From Octopus vulgaris (taxonomy: Eukaryota), in the NCBI GenBank assembly GCA_951406725.2, contig OX597817.1:142972001-143036000 (forward strand): a DNA stretch of 64,000 bases, read 5' to 3'. Numbering within the stretch: position 1 is the first letter of the stretch; each line of letters starts with the position of its first letter. Below the pieces are notes generated by a model. That model saw only the letters and a program-made list of their open reading frames with translations, was not told the origin of the DNA and did no database searches. Made by a program: the position numbers and the translations under genes. This document shows positions 1-11,365 of this stretch, piece after piece.

Positions 1-39
1 TATATGTATGTATATGTAATATATATATATATATTACAT

Positions 40-149
<110 letters not shown>

Positions 150-548
150 ACGTGGGAATGTGGGTGAAGAAACGTTAGTAGCACCAAAACAGTTGTATTT
201 AATTCATAATGGGTTGATTCAAATAAACAGTGCTTAAGGTTTCTAACGCGCAGAACACCTCCACCGCATCAAATGTACTGAGAAGAGAGGAGAGGATTTA
301 AAATAAATTCAAAAATTCAAAATGGCTTCTTAATATGAGTATTTAAGTTTGTATTGATTAGTTAAGAAACTAGTGGGATCAGTTCTTTTGTTGCACAGCA
401 GCTCAGATGCTGGAATCCTGGCAGCTGATAGGAAGTTGAATCCAATTCTTATTAGATATACAAACGTACAAGAATTTTCGCTCTGATTCAGAAAAAACCG
501 TTGGTTTCCGAAATGTTTAATTAGTAAGTTTTATCAATATATGTTTTA

Positions 549-593
<45 letters not shown>

Positions 594-610
594 AGTATAT
601 ATACATACAT

Positions 611-655
<45 letters not shown>

Positions 656-903
656 CATACATGTATGTATACTTGAATACATATACACATGTGCTTATAT
701 ACTTATACCTACATACAGATACACACACATATACATATTAAAACATATATTAATAAAATCTATTAATTAAATGTTTTGAAAATAATTGTATACATGAAAA
801 TATAATTCTGTGTAAATATGTATATATAAATCCTTAAATCCTTAAAAATGTTTTAGCCCGAAGGCCGCGGCCATGCTGGGGCACCACCGCTGAATGAGCT
901 ACA

Positions 904-3900
904 CTAGTTTGTGAATCCACCTCTGATACGTGGCACTTGATCAACAAGGGAGTTCGATGCTGCTGCCCGCATCCGTGTCTCCTGTCGTGAGGTAGGTTCA
1001 TCTGGGACTCCCAACAAGAAGAGATCCAGTTTAGTTTTAAAGAAACCCACATCCACACCATGTAAGTCTCTCAGGCATTTAGGGAGGATGTTAAAGAGCT
1101 GTGGTCCTCTGAAACCCAAGCTGTTGCAGTATCTGGACCTGTATTTTGATGGTGATGTTGGAATCCTTGGCACCACGCAGCGGCGCCCGTTCTGCGGTTG
1201 GAGTAACTTTGAATGCCAAAGTTTGGGACAAGACCCTCCAGGATTTTCCAGATGTATATCACTGCATATCTCTCCCGCCTCCGCTCCAGGGAGAAGAGGT
1301 TTAATACCTTCAGTCTTTCCCAGTAGCTGACATTTTGCATTGAGACGATTTTCTTTGTGTAGCTTCTCTGAGTTGCTTCGAGTTCTGCTGTTTGTTTTAT
1401 ATTGTGTGGTGACCAAAGTTGGGAGCAGTAGTCCAAGCGGCTGAGGACAAATGTTTTCCATAGGACCATCAGTGTCTCCTTCTCTCTTGTTCTGAAAGTT
1501 CGGAGAATCCATCCAGCTAGCCGTCTGCATTTTATCACCAGATTTGCAATATGCATTTGGAAAGATGCATCATTGCTCATGTCAATGCCCAGGTCACGCA
1601 CTGATTTTGACTCAGGGATTGCAATTCTTCCTGGGCCAGTGTATCCAGTCTTCACGTCATTTACCTTTGTGTGCCAGTAGCGCAGGGCCTGGAACTTACC
1701 TGCATTAAACTGCATGTTGTTGTCCTCAGCCCACCTGTATATTGTGTCCAGCTCATGTTGCAGATGCGCAATATTTTCAGGGTTTTGTATTGCGTGGGAG
1801 ACTTTTGTGTCATCTGCATAGCTAGCAAGGGTGGTCATCGTAGCAACTGAAGGCATGTCTGAAAGGGCCACTATGAACATCAGTGGCCCCAAGACAGTGC
1901 CCTGTGGGACACCGCTTGTTATTTGCGTTTCCCTGGAGGTGGCTCCATTGCTCACAACTGCCTGTTTTCTGTCTTTTAGGAAGTTGTGCAGCCACTCTCC
2001 AAGTTTCCCGCCTATGCCGAGACCACGCAGTTTGTGACAGATCATACCATGGTCGACTTTATCAAAGGCTTTTGCAAAGTCAAGATATATTACATCCACA
2101 TTTGAGCCATTTAGTAGCTGTTTCAACACCCAGTCATAGTGTTGCAGGAGCTGTGTTAGGCAGCCTCTACCTGGTCGAAATCCATGCTGGGTGTCAGACA
2201 GTAAGTCATTTTCTTCAAGGAACATGATTAGTTTCTTACGGACTATTCGTTCCATGACTTTGCTGATGTGTGAGGTCAGAGAGATAGGCCTATAATTTTT
2301 AGCATCTGCTCTGCTACCTCCCTTATGGATAGGGCATATTACCCCCTCTTTCAGTTTGACTGGGAGCTTACCACTTGCAAGAAAGCTCTGAAAAAGAAGC
2401 TGTAGCGGTTTTGCAAGGGCTCGTTTGCACGATTTGAGAAGGATCGCTGGGAATCCATCAGGTCCAGCAGCTGAGTTTGTGTCAATCTCATCAATGGCTA
2501 GTGTGATATCATCTTCTTCGATGTTGATGTACTCAATTTTTGTCTCTTTGGCCGCTGGTAAAGTGGCAAATAATTCTTCTGGGTTGTTTACTTGCCTGTG
2601 TCCTAGAGGTGTAGTGAACACACTTTGGAACTGTTCGTTCAGTATTTCACTTATCCTCGTGGGATTTCCTGTGAGAGAGCCATCTTTTTGGAAGAGAGGT
2701 CCTATTCTCTGGTGCACTGTGGCTGTCTCTTTGGCAAACTTAAAGAAAGCTTTAGGGTTTGATTTTATATTTTCTATTACCCAAGCTTCTTTATCTGCTC
2801 TCTCCTTTTCATGGGACTGATGTAGACTTTTCTCAGTTTCCATTAGCATTCTTTCGAGCCGAGACTTCTCACCACTTTTGGTGTGCTTGCTCAGGCGGTT
2901 TGCAATCCTTGTCCGTCGTCTCATAAGAATCCTCCTTTCTCTAGGGATCCTGTTTTTGTTCTTGTGTGTGCTGGCCCTGCACATTGGGACATATTTGTCA
3001 CATATGGCTTGTATTATGGACATGAAGTGTTTGTGTTTCATGTTTATGTCCGGTGTGGAGAGACATTCAGGCCAATCCTGTTTGAGGATCTCTTTCTCAA
3101 TCGACTTCCAGTTGGCTTTATGAAAGTTTAAGTTGGAGAGATGGTGGGTGCTTCGTATAGGCTGTGTGTCTGTGGGGGCTTTTGTTCCATACATAAACAG
3201 CTCTATTAAGTTGTGATCCGAGATCATTGTCGGCATCACATTAACATTATGGATAATATCCATATTGTTTGTAAAGCAGAGATCCAGTATATTATCTGCC
3301 CTTGTTGGTTGCAGAACTATTTGCTCCATGAAAGAGGCATTTGTGAGATGGAGCAGGGACTCCACCTGTGCCTGCTGATGGTGTGTCATCCCTGGGAGCA
3401 TCTGCCCCCAGGCCATTCCACATTGGGGAGGTTAAAGTCACCCATGAAGAATACACTGTTGTGCTGTTCAAGGTTGGTGAGGACTTCTCCTATTTTTGTT
3501 AGGCAGTCTTCAAACATGCCTGAGTGTTTTGGGGCATCTGGTGGGCGATATGTAGTGCATATGACGATATTCAGTTGTCTTATGTGTACAATTTGAGTTT
3601 CACATACTGAGTTTGAATATGACAGCAGGACCTGGGGCGTGAGGTCATCTCGGATGTACATTGCAACTCCACCATGGCTCCTCCCTTTTCTATCTGTGCG
3701 TATGACTGCATATTGCGGCATGTGTATTTCTGCATCACCTATATCGGGTTCAAGATGTGTTTCTGTGAGTGCCATGCATATAGCTTGATTGCATGTCACA
3801 AGGTCTCTCAGGAATGAGATTTTCTTTTTACAGTTTCCGCGCAGCAGCCCTCCTACATTCAGTAGAAATATTTTTGTGGTGTGTGTGTTGGTGTTGGTGT

Positions 3901-3913
3901 CTGTGGTGGCCAT
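904..3913 (-). pseudogene. LINE ORF2 (APE endonuclease + reverse transcriptase), split by two frameshifts
   Basis: APE motifs (LLNVGGL, LTETHL, RTDR..GGV, YRPP, GDFNLP) in 3386-4006; RT in 1071-3416; C-terminus (GPQLFNILP, FKTKLDLFL, SNSL) in frame 904-1530. Frame changes near 3410 and 1190. Confidence 0.9.
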
Positions 3914-4581
3914 CCTGCATCTGTTGGAGGTGGCCTTATGTGGTGGTAGTTCCAGCTTTGTGCTTGTAGCCAGGTCAGCTGCTGAACAATTTTTTGTGCC
4001 ATGCACAAAAAAGACTGCTGTTCAGCTGCCGCCCTTCTCACATCTGGGTGAAGCTGGCCACCTGTTGGGTTTCCGCGCACCACATCTGCATACCGTCTTT
4101 CAGTAGTGGTCAGTGCGCTTTTTTCCCTTCTTTTAACTTTTTGTTTTTGTTTTTGTTTTTGTTCTCCCTGAGGGAGGGACCTCTGTCTCGCGTCCGTGCG
4201 GTTTTGGTAGGGCCTCCGATGTGCAAAGCGACAGTTTGCACCTTCAACGCCGTACCAGCAGTCCCCCCTCAGGTAGAATTTGCAGGTGTTTCTTTCCCTG
4301 CCCTTACAGTTTTTGCTTGGGTCCCTCTGCTTTCTCTGGACAGGGCTTCCTTTAGCCTTGATTCTGTCACCCTTTACCTCCTGCTTCCCATCAATTCCAA
4401 GGTGCCTTTCCTTTCTTGCGGCCATCGCACCTCTTTGGTCTTCAGTTGTGGTGTTGGAAGCTGGACATGTGTCATCGTTTCCCTGTGTTCCAGGCTTCTC
4501 CATTTGGCTCTGGATGCTTTCCTCATCCTTTTGGCCCTCCCTGCTGCCGTCACCTCCCAGGATGATGTCCAGGATGTCCAC
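3859..4581 (-). CDS. LINE ORF1 protein, basic, with a CCCH-type zinc finger
   Basis: 240-aa ORF upstream of and overlapping ORF2; motif CKFYLRGDCWYGVEGANCRFAH. Start codon uncertain (GTG at 4581, out-of-frame ATG at 4583). Confidence 0.7.
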   Translation of the reverse strand: MDILDIILGGDGSREGQKDEESIQSQMEKPGTQGNDDTCPASNTTTEDQRGAMAARKERHLGIDGKQEVKGDRIKAKGSPVQRKQRDPSKNCKGRERNTCKFYLRGDCWYGVEGANCRFAHRRPYQNRTDARQRSLPQGEQKQKQKQKVKRREKSALTTTERRYADVVRGNPTGGQLHPDVRRAAAEQQSFLCMAQKIVQQLTWLQAQSWNYHHIRPPPTDAGWPPQTPTPTHTPQKYFY

Positions 4582-4865
4582 ATGTTGCCTGATTAGAGCG
4601 TACGAACGGATAACTTCTCTCTACACAATTATATATACATATATATACACACAATCATATATATATATATAAATATATGTATATATATATATATATATAC
4701 ACAATTATTTATATATATATATATATATAATTGTGTATATATTTTTAAATGTTTACCTCTGCATAGATGCATGCAAAATGAACACCCGCGCTCACACTCA
4801 TTCTAAAAAAAGAAAAACTAATTGAAAAGTATTAATTAAAAGTTTTATTTAAAAGTATTATTTTA

Positions 4866-5240
4866 GAGCATTGCTTAAGCAGTCATATAATTTCATTACT
4901 TCGACTGTCTTCAGTTTCTGCTGTTTATAATAATTCTACCAAGATAACCAGAAATGAAATCAAAAGCGAGAGCTTGAAGCAGCCATTTTGGCACGGATCG
5001 TTAACAGAGGTTTCTAAACGAAAGAGCATAAAGATAAGAGTTTCCTTCAAACTTTCATTTCGTATTCTTAAGGATATTCATACAGTGGATATTGAAAAAG
5101 GAAACCAAGCTCCATTTACCAGCTGGTGATCGGAAACGACCAAATCTGAATACTGAAAATCTTTCAGTTATAATGAATGAAAAAATACTCTAAATTTGTA
5201 TTGAGTCCTATAATTTATCGTACCTGATGAATCGTCAGAT
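4866..5240. mobile_element. Possible degenerate Penelope-like remnant
   Basis: Non-repetitive block ending in CTGATGA-ATC-gtca-GAT (truncated hammerhead-like half) at a microsatellite; no intact ORF. Confidence 0.25.
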
Positions 5241-6189
5241 ATGTATACGTACACACACACAAAATACCCCCCCCCAGTGAAATCAGAACAGCGGATATGG
5301 AAGTATTTTTATTGAAATGTTTGCAATATCTATCACGTTTGTGAGTTTGTTTTCAGTAATAAAGCGACATAAAAGCTAAATCGTTATTTTTTTTCTCTAT
5401 TTCAACCAGCAGGATTTTATATCGAAGCTAAACTGACTTTTCACATTATTATTATTATTATTATGTATCAATATTGACCCATATCTACCTGTAACAAAAT
5501 AACTTGGCATCAAGCCAATACTAATCGACTTTTTTATCGATTAGTAACCGTTTTATTTCTCTCGCTCTTCCTGCTAAACAAGCTATCATTAAAACCTTGA
5601 ATGGCGTCTACAGTGTTGAAATTTTCAGGTAATATTTTCCTAAAATCAAAATGTCATCTATGATAGATTGATAGAGTGTCTATTAAAAAAAAGGGGGGAA
5701 AGAACCAAATTAGTTGCAGTTTCGAGACATTTTCCATTTTAATTACCAAGTGTTTTTCCTGAACATATAAGATTCTTGGTGATTAATTACGATAGTCATT
5801 GCGCTGAGGCTACAAATATTTAATGACTTCGGAGATATATCGTCAGTGGATATATCAATGTAGATTTCTCTGGCAAATGGTTCCTTTCATCTTGACATCA
5901 AAACGTTACTTTATCGCTCCAATAAAGGGCGGTTTATGGTCATGTTTTGTGAAGACACCATACTAAAATGCCTGTTTAATTCTATAAGGTTTGACCTTTC
6001 CGCTTTGAAAGCTCTGCATTTTAGTTCGTCTATCGTGTGATTTTAAATCTGAAATGAAGCTAAGTATTATAATGCTCACTTAATTCTCCAGAAACATGTT
6101 TATTTATTTATTTATTTACATACTTAATTATTTGTTTATTTTGTGATGTGAAAATTTCAAATGAAAATCTTTTATCGTTTTTTTTTTTC

Positions 6190-6400
6190 TTATTTAACTT
6201 CTTTCAGTAATTGGACTCTGCCCTTGCTGGAGCACCACCTTGAAGTTTTTTTTATTTAAGCGAACCTACCCCTGTACATTTTCTGAAGCCTGATGCTTAT
6301 TATATCGGTTGTCTCTAGCAAAAACACCAAGTTACGGGGACATACACAAACCAACACCGGTTTTCAAGCGGTGGTGAATGACAGACATATACACAATAAC
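6190..6400 (-). mobile_element. SINE family A, 3' fragment
   Basis: Degenerate match to the 3' half of the SINE at 28521-28936 (gctggagcacc, aagttacgggga, caccggtt..caagcg). Confidence 0.7.
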
Positions 6401-6431
6401 ACACACACACATATACATATATATATATATA

Positions 6432-7062
6432 TTTATCATCCTGAAAGATTGCATTTCCCTCCGAAAACAGATCTGCAAGAATACAATGAATTTGATCAGA
6501 TAAAATGCTTAAATAGTCTTGACTATTAATTCTGCCATGAAGGGAAACCATTGGACTGGTGGATTTCCAAAATATATCCCCCTCCCCCAGATCATCACAT
6601 CCTCCTCCATGTTTAACAGTTGGAAGAAGGCAGTCTGGGTCAAATGCTTCTTTCGTCTGTCTCCATACGTATACTCGGCTGATGGTTGAATATAAGGTAA
6701 AGGATGACTCGTCCGAGAATATAACATTCTTCCACTGCTCTAGGGGCCAATTCTGTAGGTTTTTACTCCACTCTAAACGCTTTACAACATTTGTTTTTGA
6801 AAGTAGTAGTTTTATAGTTGCAGCCCTCTCGTGAAATCCGGCTTTGTGCAGCTCCTGGCGAACAGTTTTTGCGGAAACTGAATTCTCGAGGTGGTCATTA
6901 AGCTCTGCAGTAATTTTGGGAGCTGTACTTTTGTGATCCTTTCGAACAATTCGCATAAGAATCCGACGGTCCATATCTGAAAGTTTTGGTTTTCCTCTGG
7001 AGTTTTGTTTCGACGAGGAGGTTTTTCCCTCTCTCAGAAAGGTTGTCAATACTTTCGAGACA
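6432..7062 (-). mobile_element. Tc1-like transposase remnant
   Basis: ORF 6315-7172 contains the HTH region, WKNVIFSDESSF, PTVKHGGG and IFQDD; truncated at a (TA)n tract. Confidence 0.88.
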
Positions 7063-7450
7063 CGATTCAAGAGAGATTTAACGAAGAATATTGAGGTCGA
7101 GAAGGTGAATCTGAGTGACCTGTTTGCGTGCACAGTCTGTAACAGACCATGCCTTCCTTTTGCTGGGCTCAAATCTCATTTGAGGACCCATAAAATACGA
7201 ACCTCCACCAACTATTCTGCCTATATATCTGTGCACACCTTTCAATGCAGTGTATGCCATAAGGTCTGCAAATCTAACGGAGCTTTCAAAAGATATTTTA
7301 AGATCTACAAAGATCATAACTTAACTGCAGCTCTTGGTGGTCCAAAATTGGATATGCAATATATGTAGGTGTCTTATCAATATTTTGTCTGGTTTAAAAA
7401 GCTACATCAGACGCCAGGGTGGCTCTGCATAAGGAGTAGACAACCACCGT
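7062..7450 (+). mobile_element. 3' fragment of a LINE (RTE-like) with C2H2 zinc fingers
   Basis: CTVCNRPCLPFAGLKSHLRTH followed by a degenerate CSVCHKVCKS finger; no splice context; ends in a (TG)n tail. Confidence 0.55.
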
Positions 7451-7679
7451 GTGTGTGTGTGTGTATATATATATAGGTGTGTGTGTGTGTGTGTGTTTGT
7501 GTGTGTGTATGTGTGTGTGTGTGTGTGTGTGTGACAAGATCGTAAATACATGATTTTGTGTCGAAGAATATATTTCTTATATTTCTTTGTATCTGCAAAC
7601 AAACCAAGAAGTAAATAACATCAGCCATGGAACCACCGCACACAATATTTATATCTTTGAATTCCAAATTTATGTTGTA

Positions 7680-7953
7680 CTAGCAGTATCGCCCGGCGTT
7701 GCTCGGGTTTGTAAGGGAAATAACTATATAAGCATTTTTAGAGAGTTACTTCCTTTATAGATGCCAATTCGGGCTTTCTTAGCCATTTCTGTTTTGGTGT
7801 CTTCAAGCCATGAAGTCGTTGTTCTAAAAGAACGCTGGTCTCCTTGACAACGCATTACGACGTTGATTTCCTTAAACTCCCTTCCCCACAGCTTCACGAG
7901 GGAGGGAAGAAGGGAGACAGACACTCACACAACTACAGTTTTATATATATAGA
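7680..7953 (-). mobile_element. Non-autonomous Helitron
   Basis: Minus strand begins A|TC and ends with hairpin CCCGAGCAACGCCGGG then CTAG|T. Confidence 0.85.
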
Positions 7954-8363
7954 TATGTTTTTGGTGTTAGTATTTGGGAACGGAGACGTTTTTTGAGAAG
8001 TAACATTACTACCTGTTCTTGTTGTCCGTTGTTATATATCAATCGTCTGCAACCAGACGCGGAAATTCATCCCTATGGCGTTCCAGAAAGTAGAGACTCT
8101 ATCTCAAGATGTTTCCGGTTGTTCAGTCAATTACATTCGCAAATGTTTTTCTTTAATCTCTAAAGATTCGTATGATCTGATAAGGTTTTGCTGCTAAGAG
8201 ATGAAAGGTGTGAATAGTAAAACAACCTACGCGAAACAAGACATTTCTAGATTGTCAAATTCACTATCGAACCTCTTGTAATAATAGTTCTCAATATTCT
8301 TTTATTTAGATATGTTCAGAAAAAGATGGATTCGCAGAAATATGCTACGAACGAAATTTAAAC

Positions 8364-8535
8364 TGTTCTATATTTAAGAGATGAGGAATTATGTACATTA
8401 TTTACATTATTTACATTTGACGGGTATTTCTCCTCATCTTATTTGTTGTTAACACAACGTTTCTGCTGATATACCCTCCAGCTTTCATCATGTGTCTTAG
8501 GGAAATTTCAAACCTGGGTTCTCATTCCGAAGGAA
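8364..8535 (-). mobile_element. Inverted copy of the hammerhead-bearing tail of the element at 8581
   Basis: Reverse complement matches 8705-8825; the core reads AUGAUGA rather than CUGAUGA. Confidence 0.8.
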
Positions 8536-8580
8536 AATATTAGATTTATATGCCCTAAAATTCAATCCATAATTGCCCAT

Positions 8581-8648
8581 GGGCATGTGGCGTAGTGGTT
8601 AAGAGCGCGGGCTACTAACCCCAAAATTCCGAGTTCGATTCCGGGCAG

Positions 8649-8682
<34 letters not shown>

Positions 8683-8830
8683 CAGCAACAACAACATTGA
8701 AAAATACCTTGGGAATTTCGAACCCAGGTTCGAAATTTCCCCTAGACACCTGATGAAGGCTGGAGGGTATATCAGCCGAAACGTTGTGTTAACAACAAAC
8801 AAGATGAGGACAAATATTAACAAAATCTAT
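8581..8830 (+). mobile_element. tRNA-headed SINE-like element with (AAT)n spacer and hammerhead tail
   Basis: A-box TGGCGTAGTGG, B-box GAGTTCGATTCC, (AAT)n at about 8651-8680, hammerhead motif at 8745-8790. Confidence 0.75.
8745..8790 (+). ncRNA. Minimal type-I hammerhead ribozyme motif
   Basis: GACAC-CUGAUGA-A-GGCUG(gaggguauau)CAGCC-GAAAC-GUU-GUGUU: conserved core, stem I, 5-bp stem II and palindromic AACGUU helix III. Confidence 0.8.
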
Positions 8831-9208
8831 GTAGCACTCTTCTATTTTTTGTTATTATATATGTTTGTGGATAACAAAGCACTATTCAATGGACTGTACT
8901 TATGTGATGTTTGAAATTATGACAAAGGAAGATATCTCTGTTCCTTAATAAGATCTAGATATCATATAAAACTGGATGAATGATGATTCGTCGTTTAATA
9001 CTACAAAGCTACGATAAACAAAGATATTTATCCACTTTGATAGAATATAAATATGATATAAAGCCGGATGAACGATGTCAAGTCGTTCTACGCTATAGAA
9101 TTCCATATTCGCCATTATATGTAGAAACTACTACAGGAATGTACTATCCTGCTGCGAACATGGAAACAGTTTAAATCTCTTTACATTATTTGCATTTGAC
9201 GGATAATT

Positions 9209-9314
9209 GCCCCGAAAATGGATGGCGCTGGAGGGAGCGACAGATGCCGGACCGACCGGGCGACAGATTGCGCGATCGCCGGCGAGGCGAATTTCCGATG
9301 CCCGGTTGAGTAGG
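9209..9314 (+). pseudogene. Short 28S rRNA fragment
   Basis: GC-rich island starting GCCCGAAAATGGATGGCGCTGGAG (conserved eukaryotic LSU motif GCCCTGAAAATGGATGGCGCT) and ending GAGTAGG, with paired helix ACCGGGC...GCCCGGT. Confidence 0.75.
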
Positions 9315-9391
9315 TTAGATAGATAAATAGATAGATAGATAGATATATACATACATACATACATACATACATACATACATACATACATACA

Positions 9392-9787
9392 CTAGCAGTA
9401 TCGCCCGGCGTTGCTTGGGTTTGTAAGGGAAATAACTATATAAGCATTTTTAGAGAGTTATAGCCAAAAAATAGGAAAAAATGCATTAAAAATGGAAAAA
9501 AAATTAAGGTAAATTTCTTTTTAAATCGTTGACACATCGTAGATATTTTTAGAGAGTTACTTCCCTTATATAATAGCGAAAAAAATGCGTTAAAATGGAA
9601 AAATATGATGGTGAATTTTTTTAAATCGTAGACTCATCGTAGACGCGCGCTAATACCCAGAAGGGCTTGATATGACTCACGACTATAAGATACCCGGTTT
9701 TGGTTACACTGCACCGCAAAATGTGGGAGTAGTTAGGAATCTAAATCGTAGGAGACAGACACACAACTTCACTCTTATATATAAAGA
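9392..9787 (-). mobile_element. Non-autonomous Helitron
   Basis: Same 3' terminus as 7680 (hairpin + CTAG|T); 5' A|TC at 9787. Confidence 0.85.
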
Positions 9788-9895
9788 TATAAGTCACGTA
9801 GTTATATACACATACTTTGTTATATACACATTCTTAAAAGAAAATGTTATTTTGAATACAACATTTATAAAGAATAAAATATTTTTTGGTTTTTC

Positions 9896-10320
9896 TTAAC
9901 CCTTTCGTTACTATATTTCTGACCAAAATACACCCCTTATGTGTTTCAATTAATTTCTAACGTAATCATAAATTTAGTCTGGTTTCATTAAACAACTATA
10001 ACTTTTTTATTTATCAATATATTAACGTGATTTTTGGAAGATAATTTAATGAAATGTTCTCAACCAATTCTATACTATAATTTTTGTCACAAAGTGACTC
10101 TAATTGCATGTAGATACAGGTAAATTCAACAACATATAAAATTATTAAAATTTTGTTCAAACATCGCTATAGAAAATGGGTTATTAGCTAATATTCAATT
10201 GGGTATACAACAAAATTTTACGACAGAATTTGTTATTCTGGGTAACTTTCTGATACCCATAATAATATTTATGGCAAAATAGGCCTTAATTTCATTTAAG
10301 GTTGTGGAAAACCATTAACT
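9896..10320. mobile_element. piggyBac-like terminal fragment
   Basis: TTAA|CCCTTTCGTTAC terminus; no matching opposite end found, so the right boundary is uncertain. Confidence 0.4.
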
Positions 10321-10922
10321 ATCCTTTCTTTCGTTTTGTTTATGTTTAGCGTAACGTTTCGTTTCCACCGTAATGATTTCAAATGGGCTCATTCGAAAAA
10401 GTAAATAGAAATAGTTTAAGGCTTTACTCTTCTGGGAAAGTCTGTGGCTTGGTGCAGTTTCTTCAGAAAAATCACCGAAAGAAACAGTTTTTAAATTTTC
10501 ACTCCATTCAGGTACCAATTCATTTTCTTAATCGCTGTCGGAGATCTCAGATTCACTGTTTTCACTTTAATAGCTGCCAACTTGCAAAGACAAAGGAGGA
10601 GAAGGGTGATAGCGTCAGTGAAACAGTTCGCTCCGTTTGTGTGTGTGTGCGTTTGCGTGTGGTGTAAGCCACACTAAGAAAAACATTTGACATATACACC
10701 ACAATGTGAGTTTTCTCTAAATTTTGCTTAATTGGGGTTGAAATTTTAAAAAGTGGACCTGGCACGACCCGATGCATTCTACTCTTAAAAATGCTAGGTA
10801 AATTGTAATTGAAGAAATCCTATATTGTAGATTTCTATAAGATACAAAGGGAGGCAGATAAAATCTGCCTTTTATAATAAGAGATACATGCATACACATA
10901 TATATATTTATATTTATATATA

Positions 10923-10968
<46 letters not shown>

Positions 10969-11023
10969 CATACATATATACATACATATATACATATATA
11001 TATAATACATATATACATATATG

Positions 11024-11077
<54 letters not shown>

Positions 11078-11154
11078 TATATGTATATATATATATATGT
11101 GTGTATATATATATATGTATATAAATATATATATATACGTATATATATATCGTA

Positions 11155-11365
11155 AATCCGTAAATCCCAAAAATAACAAACACAAAAAACACTACAACGT
11201 GAGGACGTGATAGATGAAATGTATTAGCAGACGCTCAGGGAAGAAAATAAAGATGGTTTAACGTTTCGAGCATACGCTCTTCTTCAGAAACAAAGGTAAG
11301 TCGAATAGTAGGGAAGACGGAAGAAGAAAATCGCCATCGATTCACAAGTGTTTACATTTTGAAAA
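11155..11365 (-). mobile_element. Short hammerhead-containing element in (TA)n
   Basis: Homologous to 25750, 37813, 57945 and 61460 (gaggacgtg..gacgctcagg..aacgtttcgagc..gctcttc.tcagaaac). Confidence 0.75.
11256..11291 (-). ncRNA. Minimal type-I hammerhead ribozyme motif, intact core
   Basis: GUUU-CUGAAGA-A-GAGC(guau)GCUC-GAAAC-GUU-AAAC. Confidence 0.82.

Larger units (their letters stand above)
826..4625 (-). mobile_element. Near full-length CR1-group (L2/Crack/Daphne-like) non-LTR retrotransposon
   Basis: ORF1 with CCCH finger, then APE endonuclease, then RT (GFRPGRGC, LDFAKAFDKVDH, SGVPQGTVLGP, YADD, LERRRER), a short 3' UTR and a (TTTAAGGA)n tail on the minus strand at about 826-850. 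Confidence 0.93.

Noticed and set aside
546-770. ORFs rich in YI, CV, HT, poly-I/L/S/T/V throughout the window
   Set aside because: Translations of microsatellites; no evidence of coding function.
1088-4672. Plus-strand ORFs over the LINE
   Set aside because: Antisense shadows of LINE ORFs with no independent motifs.
7105-7368. C2H2 zinc-finger host gene
   Set aside because: One good finger, no TGEKP linkers, abuts a Tc1 remnant and ends in a repeat tail; a LINE C-terminus is more likely.
8581-8650. Functional tRNA gene
   Set aside because: No good acceptor stem or T-run terminator; continues into a repeat body. The same applies to the heads at 57163 and 43495.
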